Positions 55,246 to 64,000 of a stretch of DNA of 64,000 bases are shown here, piece after piece; positions within the stretch are counted from its first letter, which is position 1; the number at the start of each line of letters is the position of its first letter. The position numbers and the translations under genes are program-made. The notes under the pieces were generated by a model. It was not told the origin of the DNA. It worked only from the letters and a program-made list of their open reading frames with translations, and ran no database searches. This stretch comes from Saprospiraceae bacterium (lineage in GTDB: Bacteria > Bacteroidota > Bacteroidia > Chitinophagales > Saprospiraceae), in NCBI GenBank assembly GCA_022842725.1, contig JALHOZ010000001.1:149309-213308 (forward strand), given 5' to 3'.

Positions 55246-55464
55246 ATATTATTTTAAGACATAAATATGCACAAAAATATTTATGATATCTACAATATGT
55301 TATGGGAAAACAAAATTTATTCAATGTAAAGATTATAAAACCGCAGTCATGACAGTACAATATATCAATTTTGGTTTTTAAATACATTGCGTTTTCAGGT
55401 AAAAAGCAGTGTTCAAAAAACGTTTGAAGAACTAAAAAAATGTTAAAATATAATTATTATTTGG

Positions 55465-55487
55465 TAAATACATAGATATATATCTAT
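55465..55487. promoter_or_regulatory. Candidate operator upstream of the ArsR gene
   Basis: TAAATACATAG (55465..55475) overlaps the perfect 16-bp palindrome ATAGATATATATCTAT (55472..55487). The palindrome ends 23 bp upstream of the ATG at 55511. Confidence 0.45.
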
Positions 55488-55510
55488 CTTTGCATCAGAA
55501 TTTGAATTTC

Positions 55511-55816
55511 ATGATATTAACAGACAGAATTGAAGCCGATAAATTATTAGGAGCGGTTAATATGCTCAGAGTTATTGCGCATCCGGTAAGGTTGGCCATC
55601 GTAGATCTTTTGAGTGTCAAAGAGAAACTTACGGTTATGGAAATCCAGGAAGCACTGGGTCTTGAACAGGCTATAACATCACAACATTTATCTTTGATGG
55701 AAGACAAAGGAGTTTTACTCAGCGAAAAAGTTGGACGAAATAAATTTGTTTCTCTTCGTTTTGCCAACATGAAACATATCGTTGAGTGTCTGGAAAATTG
55801 TTGTCACCTTAGTTGA
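55511..55816 (+). CDS. ArsR/SmtB family transcriptional regulator with C-terminal Cys cluster
   Basis: Winged HTH (MLRVIAHPVRLAIVDLLSVKEKLTVMEIQEALGLEQAITSQHLSLMEDKGVL). The C-terminus is IVECLENCCHLS. I prefer the ATG at 55511 over the TTG at 55490. Confidence 0.8.
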   Translation: MILTDRIEADKLLGAVNMLRVIAHPVRLAIVDLLSVKEKLTVMEIQEALGLEQAITSQHLSLMEDKGVLLSEKVGRNKFVSLRFANMKHIVECLENCCHLS

Positions 55817-55828
55817 TTTTTTAAAACC

Positions 55829-55858
55829 TAAATACATAGTATAATATATATGTATTTA
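55829..55858. promoter_or_regulatory. Candidate operator upstream of the rhodanese gene
   Basis: TAAATACATA (55829..55838) and TATGTATTTA (55849..55858) form a perfect 10-bp inverted repeat with a 10-bp spacer. The first 11 nt, TAAATACATAG, are identical to 55465..55475. Confidence 0.45.
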
Positions 55859-55893
55859 TCTTTATATTTTTTTATCTTAAAATATTTTATTAC

Positions 55894-56220
55894 ATGTTTG
55901 GATTTTTTAGTAACCTGATGGGTGGAGGAGCAGGAAATGAAGCTCTCCAGGCAGTTGTCAAAGACAATGCTTTTTTAGTGGACGTTCGCTCTCCTATGGA
56001 GTTTGCTGAAGGCAGCGTCAAAGGTGCCGTCAATATTCCTTTAGATCAGATTCCTTATCAACTGGCAAAGTTTAAAAACAAAAAAAACATCGTGGTTTTT
56101 TGCAGAAGTGGCGCCAGAAGCGGTCAGGCTAAAGCGATACTGGATCAGAATGGTTTTTCCAATGTCACAAATGGCGGAACCTGGAATAATGTTCGTGAAG
56201 CAGTTTCCCAAGCCCAATAA
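55894..56220 (+). CDS. Single-domain rhodanese (sulfurtransferase)
   Basis: 108 aa with the active-site loop CRSGARS preceded by VVF, a typical rhodanese layout. Confidence 0.85.
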   Translation: MFGFFSNLMGGGAGNEALQAVVKDNAFLVDVRSPMEFAEGSVKGAVNIPLDQIPYQLAKFKNKKNIVVFCRSGARSGQAKAILDQNGFSNVTNGGTWNNVREAVSQAQ

Positions 56221-56321
56221 TTGATTTTGGTTTTTTTAAGGCATTTGCTATCAAACAGCAAAATCAGCAGTTTTTAGATATTTTGACGAATGGCTTAAAA
56301 CTAACCGTTTCATAATATAAC

Positions 56322-56358
56322 AAAACATGAAAGTCAGATCTAAAGGCTTTCATGTTTT
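56322..56358 (+). terminator. Rho-independent terminator after the rhodanese gene
   Basis: AAAACATGAAAG (56322..56333) pairs with CTTTCATGTTTT (56347..56358), a perfect 12-bp stem ending in a T run. Confidence 0.7.
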
Positions 56359-56631
56359 GTCTCTTTCAAATAATCCGATGATTGGTGTAAGTTCGCACAT
56401 ATTATTGTACTATTTTCTCTCTGATTTTTTCGGAGAAGGGGGGATTTTTTTTAAATATTTAACGAACGAAACAAAAAACATAACTTCCTTTGAAAAGACT
56501 ATAATTTCCCGACAAAAAACAACTGAAACTGTATCAAATATTATTGTCTCCCTTTTTTTGAAAAAAACACTAAAATCATTATTTTATTGCCAGTTTTATT
56601 ATTTGAAAAGTTATTTCAGAGGTATTTTGAA

Positions 56632-56645
56632 ATATATATATATAT
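56632..56645. repeat. (AT)7 dinucleotide run in the SQR promoter region
   Basis: ATATATATATATAT lies 37-50 bp upstream of the ATG at 56682. ATATATAT cores also occur in the two operator candidates at about 55476 and 55843. Confidence 0.9.
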
Positions 56646-56681
56646 TTATTTTCAACCATTCACTAATCAAATATTTACATC

Positions 56682-57887
56682 ATGGAAAACCATTTTCAAA
56701 TCCTCATCGTCGGAGGTGGAAATGCAGGTATTTCATCTGCAGCCAAACTTCTGCTAAAAAACAAAAATCTGAATATCGGCATTATTGACCCTTCAGAAAA
56801 ACATTATTATCAACCTGCCTGGACTCTTGTTGGTGCAGGTGTTTTTGATATTAAAAAAACAATCAAAAACCAAAAAAACTTTATACCGGAAAAAGCAACC
56901 TGGATAAAAGATGCCGTGGATGTTTTGGATCCTCAAAACAATACAGTGATTTGTACTTCAGGCAAAAAATTCTCCTATGATGTAATGATTCTTTGTCCGG
57001 GAATCCAACTGGACTGGGATAAAATCAAAGGTCTGAAAGACACCTTGGGAAAAAATAATGTCTCTTCCAATTATTCTTTGGCAACAGCTCCGTATACCTG
57101 GGAGATGATCAAAAATTTTAAAGGAGGAAGAGCCATTTTTACCAATCCGGTTTCACCGATTAAGTGTGGTGGTGCACCACATAAAATCATGTATCTCGCC
57201 GTTGATTACTGGCGAAAAAAAGGAATACTGGACAAATGTGATGTACACTATTTGTCAGGAGCAGGGGTTATTTTTGCAGTAAAAGAGTATGCAGACACGC
57301 TCACCGGTATTGTCAAAAAAGGGAATATCAAAACTCATTTTAACGTAAATGTCGTAGAAATCGACAGCTCGACCCATACCGTTTATTATGAAGAAAAAAA
57401 TGAAAACGGCGAAACAGTCAGAAGTTCCATGACCTACGATTTTTGTCATGCCGTACCTCCGCAGTCAGCTCCTGATTTTATTAAAAAAAGCCCGGTGACA
57501 GATCCTAATAATGCCTATGGTTATGTCGAAATCAATCCAAAAACCATGCAGCATGCCCGTTTTCCAAATATTTTTGCATTGGGTGATTGTTCTAATGCTC
57601 CATGCAGTAAAACAGGTGCCGCTATCCGCAAACAATCTCCTGTAGTTGTGCAGAATGTTTTATCCTTTGTCCGTAATGAACCTCTTACAGCTGAATATAC
57701 AGGTTACAGCGCCTGTCCAATCCCTACACAATACGGAAAACTGATGCTCGCCGAGTTTGATTACACCAATAAACCTACAATGACTTTTCCTTTTGATCAA
57801 ACCAAACCTAAAAGATCAATGTGGATATTGAAAAAAAATGTCTTGCCCTGGTTGTATTGGAATAAGATTTTGAAAGGAACGGATTAG
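56682..57887 (+). CDS. sqr: Sulfide:quinone oxidoreductase, type II (SQRDL-like) flavoprotein
   Basis: FAD-binding motif ILIVGGGNAGIS. The redox-Cys regions SPIKCGGAPHK and ALGDCSNAPCSKTGAA match the conserved Cys contexts of type II SQR. Confidence 0.8.
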   Translation: MENHFQILIVGGGNAGISSAAKLLLKNKNLNIGIIDPSEKHYYQPAWTLVGAGVFDIKKTIKNQKNFIPEKATWIKDAVDVLDPQNNTVICTSGKKFSYDVMILCPGIQLDWDKIKGLKDTLGKNNVSSNYSLATAPYTWEMIKNFKGGRAIFTNPVSPIKCGGAPHKIMYLAVDYWRKKGILDKCDVHYLSGAGVIFAVKEYADTLTGIVKKGNIKTHFNVNVVEIDSSTHTVYYEEKNENGETVRSSMTYDFCHAVPPQSAPDFIKKSPVTDPNNAYGYVEINPKTMQHARFPNIFALGDCSNAPCSKTGAAIRKQSPVVVQNVLSFVRNEPLTAEYTGYSACPIPTQYGKLMLAEFDYTNKPTMTFPFDQTKPKRSMWILKKNVLPWLYWNKILKGTD

Positions 57888-57905
57888 TAAATATATAACG
57901 GCCAG

Positions 57906-57968
57906 AAAGGTTTGGTTTTAAAAGTATACAAAGGATTTGTATACTTTTAACTGCCAAACCTTTTTTAT
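57906..57968 (+). terminator. Nested-hairpin terminator after sqr
   Basis: The inner perfect 13-bp stem is AAAAGTATACAAA (57920..57932) paired with TTTGTATACTTTT (57936..57948). The outer stem is AAAGGTTTGG (57906..57915) paired with CCAAACCTTT (57954..57963). A T run follows. Confidence 0.75.
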
Positions 57969-58135
57969 TTTCCTCTTTATTGATCAATCAACTGCGAACC
58001 AAAAATGGCAGGTTTTCAGCCTGAGATTAAAAAAAAGTACGTAATTCGACCCGGACGGTAAAATTAACTACTTACTTTCGACTTTATTTTTTGAAGATAT
58101 GTAATTTTGCACTCTCATTCAATCTCCCCCGTCGT

Positions 58136-61100
58136 ATGTTGACCTTCTTCAAAAAAAATGAAATTATCTACGCTGTTGAATCTGTATCTTCTTTTACAGG
58201 TGATACGGTCCAACAACTCAATTGGTTATTCGGTGAAACAGAGATGTTGCAGGAATCCCGATTATCCGGTTATTATTTAGGTCCGAGACCGGCCATGGTA
58301 ACACCGTGGAGTACTAATGCGGTGGAGATCACCGTCAATATGGGAATTTCCGGAATATCCAGAATTGAAATGTTTAAAGAATGTACTCCCGAAAAAGTGT
58401 ACGACCCAATGCTCAATCATTTGTTTCATCATTTGGATCAGGCTATTTTTGAAATTTCTATTCCGGTCGAGCCGATATTGTTTATTGAAGACATTCAACA
58501 ATACAATGAAAAAGAAGGGTTGGCGCTTTCAACAGAAGAAGTTGCCTATCTTCAGGAAATGTCAAACAGGTTGGGCAGATTGCTCACAGATTCAGAAATA
58601 TTTGGCTTTTCTCAGGTTAATTCCGAACATTGCAGGCACAAAATATTTAATGGTACTTTCATCATAGATGGTGAAGAACAACCACATTCTTTGTTTCAAT
58701 GGATCAAAAAAACAGCAGCACAAAACCCAAATTTTATTGTGTCAGCTTATAAAGACAACGTCGCCTTTATTAAAGGTCCTGAAATGGTTCAGTGGGCCCC
58801 AAAATCTTCTGAAATTGCCGATTTTTATAAAAAAACCACCACTTCTTCAGTTCTTTCTCTTAAGGCGGAAACCCACAATTTTCCTACTACAGTTGAGCCA
58901 TTTAACGGAGCAGCTACAGGTTCAGGTGGTGAAATCAGAGACAGATTAGCCGGCGGACAGGGATCTTTGCCCCTTGCAGGAACAGCTGTCTATATGACTT
59001 CTTATCCCAGACTTGAAGTGGGTAAGTATTGGGAACAACAAAACCAACCCCGACCCTGGCTGTATCAGACTCCTTTGGATATTCTGATCAAAGCCTCCAA
59101 CGGAGCAAGTGATTTTGGAAATAAATTTGGTCAGCCGCTGATATGCGGTTCAGTCCTGACTTTTGAGTTTTTTGAAGAAAATCAAAATCTTGCGTTCGAC
59201 AAAGTGATTATGCTTGCCGGAGGAGTCGGTTATACCGATGCCGGTCAGGTTGAAAAAAAGCTTCCTGAAAAAGGAGACAAAATTGTTTTATTGGGAGGAG
59301 ATAATTACCGTATCGGTATGGGAGGAGCAGCTGTTTCTTCAGCGGATACCGGTGCTTTTAGTTCTGCTATCGAACTTAATGCCGTACAAAGATCCAATCC
59401 TGAAATGCAAAAAAGAGTCGCCAATACAATCCGGGCGATGGTGGAAAGTGGTGAAAATAAAATCATTTCAATTCATGACCACGGAGCAGGCGGGCACTTA
59501 AATTGTTTTTCAGAGCTTGTAGAATCAACAGGTGGTAAGATCAATATCGACCAATTGCCTGTAGGAGATCCCACACTTTCTTTTAAAGAAATTATTGGAA
59601 ACGAATCTCAGGAAAGAATGGGTTTGGTCATCAAAGAAAAGGATATTCCACTTTTAAAAGAAATCGCAGAAAGAGAAAGAGCTCCTTTATATGTGGTTGG
59701 AGAAATCACAGGCGACCACAGATTTAGTTTTTATTCTGAAAAAACGAATGAAAAACCCATTGATCTCGCCCTGTCTGACTTTTTTGGGTCGTCGCCAAAA
59801 TTTATTTTAAAAGATTCAAAAACAAATCCGCAGTTTGAAGATATAAACACAGATACCGGGAATTTTATTTCCATATTATATGACGTACTGAGTCTCGAAT
59901 CTGTAGCATGCAAAGATTGGTTGACCAATAAAGTCGACAGATGTGTTGGTGGTCGGGTTGCCAAACAACAAAATACGGGCATTTTTCATCTGCCGTTAAA
60001 TAATTGTGGTGTGATGGCTCTGGACTACGATACTAAATATGGAGTGGCAACTTCAGTTGGTCATGCACCTGCCGTTGCCATAATCTCCCCGGAGGAAGGC
60101 AGCAAAATGGCAATAACAGAGGCATTGACCAATTTGGTTTGGGCTCCGTTGACTCATGGTCTGAAAGGTGTTTCTTTGTCAGCCAACTGGATGTGGCCGT
60201 GTAAAAATCCCGGTGAAGATGCACGTTTGTACGCTGCAGTTAAAGCATGTAGTGAGTTTGCCATCGAATTGGGCATCAACATTCCGACAGGAAAGGACAG
60301 TCTTTCGATGAAACAAAAATATCCGGACGGCAGTGAAGTTCTTTCTCCGGGAACAGTCATCATTTCTTCTGTAGCGGAATGTAATGATATTTCTGGTATC
60401 GTCGAACCAAACGTTCAAAATACAGAAGATGCATTGTATTACATTGATTGGTCCAAAAACAAACCCGCTCTCGGCGGTTCTGCATTTGCACAAACGCAAA
60501 ACAAATTGGGATCACAGGTTCCCGGTGTTTTTAGTGCATCCTATGTAAAAGATTGTTTCGAGACCATTCAGGAAGGCATCAGACAAAATCTCATCGTGGC
60601 AGGACACGATATAGGTAGCGGCGGTCTGATTACAACTTTATGTGAAATGGTTTTTAGTTCTGAAATTTCCGGTTTGAACATAATGATTCCTGAAAACGCC
60701 GATATGATCTCATTCCTTTTTCAGGAAAATAACGGGGTCGTTGTCCAGGCAAAAGAGTCATTTATTGAATTATTGAAAACAAAACAAATCAATTTTATAA
60801 AACTGGCAACTTCTGATCGTTCCGGTAAAATTGTCATTCACCACAAAGAACAAAAGATTTCTCTTGATACGGTTGATTTGCGAAAACAGTGGTTTAAAAA
60901 ATCTTATCTTTTTGATAAACATCAAACAAGAGAAGATAAAGCAACAGAAAGGTTCGAAAATTTTGATAAAACACCCCTTATTTACAAATTCCCAGCTGAA
61001 TTTAACGGTAAAAGACCGGAACAAACTCAAAAAAGACCTGTTGCAGCCGTCCTGAGAGAAAAGGGAAGTAATTCAGAGCGGGAACTGGCCAATGCATTGT

Positions 61101-61786
61101 TTTTGGCAGGTTTTGATGTAAAAGATATTCATACCACTGACCTGATGTCAGGAAGGGAAGATCTGAAGGATATTCAGTTTTTAGGAGCTGTCGGCGGATT
61201 TTCCAATTCAGATGTATTAGGTTCTGCAAAAGGATGGGCCGGAGCACTTAAATACAACGAAAGGGCTAAAAATGTATTAGCAGATTTTTTCCAAAGAGAA
61301 GATACATTGTCCGTTGGAATTTGTAATGGTTGTCAACTTTTTGTGGAGTTGAACCTGATTTACCCGGATCATCTTACACCACCCAAAATGTTGTGGAACG
61401 AAAGTCGGAAACATGAAAGTGGTTTTGTCAATGTGATTGTCCAAAAAAATAATTCGGTGTTGATGCAAAATCTGGAGGGAAGTCGACTTGGCGTCTGGAT
61501 ATCACATGGCGAAGGCAAGTTTTATTTACCTATGGATGAGTCACAATACAATATTGTCAGTAAATACAGTTATGCCACCTATCCTGCGAATCCCAATGGT
61601 TCTGACTTCAATACTGCAATGATGTCCAACCACAACGGGAGACACCTGGTGATGATGCCACACATCGAAAGATCTGTTTTCCCTTGGAATTGGCCGTACT
61701 ATCCCAAAGATCGTAACGACCAAGTTACACCATGGGTTCAGGCATTTGTAAACGGCAGAAACTGGTTAATAAATAAAGGGAAGTAA
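58136..61786 (+). CDS. purL: Phosphoribosylformylglycinamidine synthase, single-chain large form
   Basis: About 1216 aa with PurL linker, AIRS and AIRS_C repeats (SEHCRHKIF, ETHNFPTTVEPFNGAATGSGGEIRD). The C-terminal glutaminase domain has GICNGCQ and HGEG motifs. I prefer the ATG at 58136 over the TTG at 58091. Confidence 0.95.
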   Translation: MLTFFKKNEIIYAVESVSSFTGDTVQQLNWLFGETEMLQESRLSGYYLGPRPAMVTPWSTNAVEITVNMGISGISRIEMFKECTPEKVYDPMLNHLFHHLDQAIFEISIPVEPILFIEDIQQYNEKEGLALSTEEVAYLQEMSNRLGRLLTDSEIFGFSQVNSEHCRHKIFNGTFIIDGEEQPHSLFQWIKKTAAQNPNFIVSAYKDNVAFIKGPEMVQWAPKSSEIADFYKKTTTSSVLSLKAETHNFPTTVEPFNGAATGSGGEIRDRLAGGQGSLPLAGTAVYMTSYPRLEVGKYWEQQNQPRPWLYQTPLDILIKASNGASDFGNKFGQPLICGSVLTFEFFEENQNLAFDKVIMLAGGVGYTDAGQVEKKLPEKGDKIVLLGGDNYRIGMGGAAVSSADTGAFSSAIELNAVQRSNPEMQKRVANTIRAMVESGENKIISIHDHGAGGHLNCFSELVESTGGKINIDQLPVGDPTLSFKEIIGNESQERMGLVIKEKDIPLLKEIAERERAPLYVVGEITGDHRFSFYSEKTNEKPIDLALSDFFGSSPKFILKDSKTNPQFEDINTDTGNFISILYDVLSLESVACKDWLTNKVDRCVGGRVAKQQNTGIFHLPLNNCGVMALDYDTKYGVATSVGHAPAVAIISPEEGSKMAITEALTNLVWAPLTHGLKGVSLSANWMWPCKNPGEDARLYAAVKACSEFAIELGINIPTGKDSLSMKQKYPDGSEVLSPGTVIISSVAECNDISGIVEPNVQNTEDALYYIDWSKNKPALGGSAFAQTQNKLGSQVPGVFSASYVKDCFETIQEGIRQNLIVAGHDIGSGGLITTLCEMVFSSEISGLNIMIPENADMISFLFQENNGVVVQAKESFIELLKTKQINFIKLATSDRSGKIVIHHKEQKISLDTVDLRKQWFKKSYLFDKHQTREDKATERFENFDKTPLIYKFPAEFNGKRPEQTQKRPVAAVLREKGSNSERELANALFLAGFDVKDIHTTDLMSGREDLKDIQFLGAVGGFSNSDVLGSAKGWAGALKYNERAKNVLADFFQREDTLSVGICNGCQLFVELNLIYPDHLTPPKMLWNESRKHESGFVNVIVQKNNSVLMQNLEGSRLGVWISHGEGKFYLPMDESQYNIVSKYSYATYPANPNGSDFNTAMMSNHNGRHLVMMPHIERSVFPWNWPYYPKDRNDQVTPWVQAFVNGRNWLINKGK

Positions 61787-62515
61787 CCTACGGGTTTTCC
61801 TCACATATTCCTGATAGTCAGGATTGTTTTTATATCTTATGGAATTACCTTTTTCAATCAATGGGATACCACTTATTTTTGTTAATAAGATAATGATCCA
61901 AACCGGGCTCAATAAAACTAACCATTGCCATCCCAACAAAACAGGTGTTACATACCAGAAGATAGCAACCCACATGATGATTTCTCCCAAATAGTTGGGA
62001 TGCCTGATATATTTATACAATCCATGAGTTATCAAAGCATTTTTACCAAATTGGTTTTTAAAAGAAAATTTCTGAAAGTCGGCCAAAGCTTCCAAAACCC
62101 ATCCGAATCCATAAAGAATACATGCAAACAGGTGAATTTCTAAGGTTTTATGGGAAGTCAAACCTTCTGTAACAGGTAAAGCCAGAATCCAAATGCTAAC
62201 CGTTTGTAACAACCAAAATTTCAGAAATCCGGACTTGCTGTTACGAAAGTCTTCAAAACGATCATCTTTTCCCATTTTTGTGATGCGGTACAGCAAAAAA
62301 CCTCCTAATCGCAAAGCCCACAAAATAACCATAAGACCAAGGATAATCTTACCAGAATTCATAGGATAAGTAAACCATAAATACATAGTCACAACAATAA
62401 AAGACAAACTATATGTGATGTCTGTCAGTTTGTCGCTTTGGTTTTTAAAAGCCCAAAGGTAGGCCGCCATATTTAAGGCAAGAACGATTAAAAATATAAT
62501 GATATAAGCTGTCAT
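61766..62515 (-). CDS. DUF1295 / steroid-5-alpha-reductase-like membrane protein
   Basis: Polytopic protein with the C-terminal motif THGLYKYIRHPNYLGEIIMW, typical of this family. Its 3' end overlaps the purL 3' end by 21 nt (convergent). The start could be 62515 or 62533. Confidence 0.75.
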   Translation of the reverse strand: MTAYIIIFLIVLALNMAAYLWAFKNQSDKLTDITYSLSFIVVTMYLWFTYPMNSGKIILGLMVILWALRLGGFLLYRITKMGKDDRFEDFRNSKSGFLKFWLLQTVSIWILALPVTEGLTSHKTLEIHLFACILYGFGWVLEALADFQKFSFKNQFGKNALITHGLYKYIRHPNYLGEIIMWVAIFWYVTPVLLGWQWLVLLSPVWIIILLTKISGIPLIEKGNSIRYKNNPDYQEYVRKTRRLLPFIY

Positions 62516-62569
62516 GTGACCACAACAATACAACGGGTAAAGAGTTTTGGCAGATTTATGTCCGTTGTT

Positions 62570-63457
62570 TTATCGTAAATATCTGGTTTTTAATATAGTT
62601 ATGGCTTCTGGTATAACTTTACACGAAAGGGATTGATCAACATGAAACGGTTCTCCATCCCGATGACCGAATGTATAACCGGTTTCTATACGTACCATTC
62701 CTGAAGTGGATATATATTGCAGGTATTCGTTTGACCTTAACTTTTTATTGAACAATCTGTAAAGAAATTCCGGAAGTTTATAAAATGGGATCTTTTTTAC
62801 CAAAACAAGTTCAACAAATCCATCAAAAGGGTTTGCCATTGGTGCAATGTAAGCATGATTTCCAAATTGCCTTACGTTTGCCAATACTATTCCTAAATAT
62901 GTATCTTCAAAAGTCTGATTATTGACATGTACTTTAGCTTTGAAAGGAATAAAAGAAAACAGAGCCCGGGTTGTCAATACAATATATTTCCATAATCCTC
63001 TTTTTTGTTGATGTTGGAACAGGTCGGCTACATATCCATCAAGACCGATACCTGTCATGTTGACAGCATATATACCATCGGCCACACAAACATCCATTTT
63101 GCGGGTTTGCCCTTTTATTATGTCTTCAATCAGGATGGCAAAATCTTTTTTAAAACCGGTCTCCAAAGCAAATCCGTTGCCTGAACCGGAAGGATAAACA
63201 CATAAAACTTTATGGACGTTTTTGACAAAAAAGGGCAATAATTGATTGATGGTTCCATCTCCTCCGGCAACAATACAATAGGTAAAACTGTCAGCTTTTT
63301 TGTGCAAAACATCAAGAGCATCCGAAAAATTTTTACTTACGTAAAAATCGATTTCCGGATAATCATTTTGCAGATTACGAATGAATTTTTTACTTCTTTC
63401 AATCCCGGCATTAGGATTGATTAATACAAAAATATCTGAATCAGATTTTGACAACAT
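62570..63457 (-). CDS. Diacylglycerol-kinase-family lipid kinase (YegS/BmrU-like)
   Basis: DAGK catalytic-domain motifs (VLINPNAG, VAGGDGTINQ, GSGNGFA). 295 aa. Confidence 0.85.
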   Translation of the reverse strand: MLSKSDSDIFVLINPNAGIERSKKFIRNLQNDYPEIDFYVSKNFSDALDVLHKKADSFTYCIVAGGDGTINQLLPFFVKNVHKVLCVYPSGSGNGFALETGFKKDFAILIEDIIKGQTRKMDVCVADGIYAVNMTGIGLDGYVADLFQHQQKRGLWKYIVLTTRALFSFIPFKAKVHVNNQTFEDTYLGIVLANVRQFGNHAYIAPMANPFDGFVELVLVKKIPFYKLPEFLYRLFNKKLRSNEYLQYISTSGMVRIETGYTFGHRDGEPFHVDQSLSCKVIPEAITILKTRYLR

Positions 63458-63635
63458 ATATTTTGTGTGGAATAACTTTTAAAAATTGATATACTGAATC
63501 CAAAATCCTTAATCGCCTCTTTAAAGATAAAATCATCTTAATCATAAGATCATATTGAATCATTAATTGTATTCAAACCCGTAGAATAAAGTTGTAAATT
63601 GAGGGTGTTTTTTTGAATATCAACAGCCTGAAAAC

Positions 63636-63667
63636 AAAAAACCACCTGATTTTTCAGGTGGTTTTTT
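63636..63667 (-). terminator. Rho-independent terminator of the partial T9SS cargo gene
   Basis: AAAAAACCACCTGA (63636..63649) pairs with TCAGGTGGTTTTTT (63654..63667), a perfect 14-bp stem with a 4-nt loop. A/T runs flank both sides. Confidence 0.8.
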
Positions 63668-63684
63668 GTTTTAACCTTTTACAT

Positions 63685-64000
63685 TTAATGTTTATAGAAA
63701 GGAAACGAAGCACTTCCTTCTTTGGTGATAATCTGAACAAAATATAATCCGGGAACAAAAGATAGGACATCTACAAAACTCACATTTGGCAGATGTGGGG
63801 TCACTTGTCTTCCCATTATATCAGTAACAAATAAGGTATAATCTTTTACCTGTTCAAATGAAGATTTTATATAAACCAAATCACTTGCAGGATTAGGAGA
63901 AACAGAAAATCCCGTAGCGATAATATCATCTGCCGAAGAAGTTTTTTCAAACCTGGTAAAAATGGTTCGGGTATTGGTAAAACTATAATCGGAATTCAAA
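63685..64000 (-). CDS. C-terminal part of a secreted protein with T9SS type A (Por) sorting domain; 5' end outside window
   Basis: FSVSPNPASDLVYIKSSF...YTLFVTDIMGRQV...LSFVPGLYFVQIITKEGSASFPFYKH is a typical type A C-terminal domain. Confidence 0.8.
   Translation of the reverse strand, partial: LNSDYSFTNTRTIFTRFEKTSSADDIIATGFSVSPNPASDLVYIKSSFEQVKDYTLFVTDIMGRQVTPHLPNVSFVDVLSFVPGLYFVQIITKEGSASFPFYKH

Noticed and set aside
56327-56788. 153-aa ORF spanning the rhodanese-SQR spacer and running into the sqr start
   Set aside because: It starts inside the terminator hairpin, is low-complexity (Ile/Phe/Lys/Tyr-rich, from AT-rich DNA), and overlaps the well-supported sqr start in another frame.
57969-58135. 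Possible purine or ZTP-type riboswitch in the purL leader
   Set aside because: I could not find the conserved cores of the purine or ZTP (pfl) riboswitches by eye. The only strong structure is the upstream sqr terminator. An Infernal scan would be needed to exclude this properly.

Overview
This 64-kb window looks like chromosomal DNA from a low-GC member of the Bacteroidota. The evidence is type A and type B T9SS C-terminal sorting domains, a SusC/SusD pair, many lipobox lipoproteins, and a TTTG/TAnnTTTG-type promoter candidate upstream of tRNA-Asn. Coding density is high: about 58 supportable CDS, 1 tRNA, and no rRNA.

Most of the content is housekeeping or envelope related:
- Envelope and secretion: lpxD (partial), a GldE-like CBS/CorC protein, an LptC-like protein, and T9SS cargo proteins.
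- Peptidases and core enzymes: rsmI, M16 and M28 peptidases, hpt, purL, and a YegS-type lipid kinase.
- Glycosyltransferases and transport: a GT2 + GT-C pair, a TonB-dependent receptor, a TetR-TolC-MFP-RND efflux operon, murQ plus an SSS transporter, feoAB, and a SusC/SusD/lipoprotein trio.
- Regulators and small modules: an ArsR-SRPBCC-VOC-DUF998-DoxX operon, an LMW protein-tyrosine phosphatase, a YdbS/YdbT PH-domain pair, and an ArsR-rhodanese-SQR sulfide module.
- Other: two ssb paralogues, two tandem phage-tail-collar-domain genes, and a secreted PAD/agmatine-deiminase-family protein next to a lipoprotein prolyl iminopeptidase.

I saw no CRISPR array, transposase, integrase, restriction-modification system or recognisable defence operon, so I cannot claim a clear novel system. 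The signals most worth follow-up are:
1. A helically phased ACGTTTATAA array with a perfect 17-bp inverted repeat in the ssb/PTP control region.
2. TTATACGTATAA-type palindromes in the control region of the orphan tail-collar gene pair.
3. A 565-aa protein that fuses an unknown roughly 370-aa domain to an AMP/ATP-nucleosidase-like PNP domain, transcribed divergently from the TetR gene.
4. A tail-less SSB paralogue.
5. An ArsR regulator with a C-terminal Cys cluster in the sulfide module.

All functional calls come from reading the translations and motifs by eye. No database search was run.
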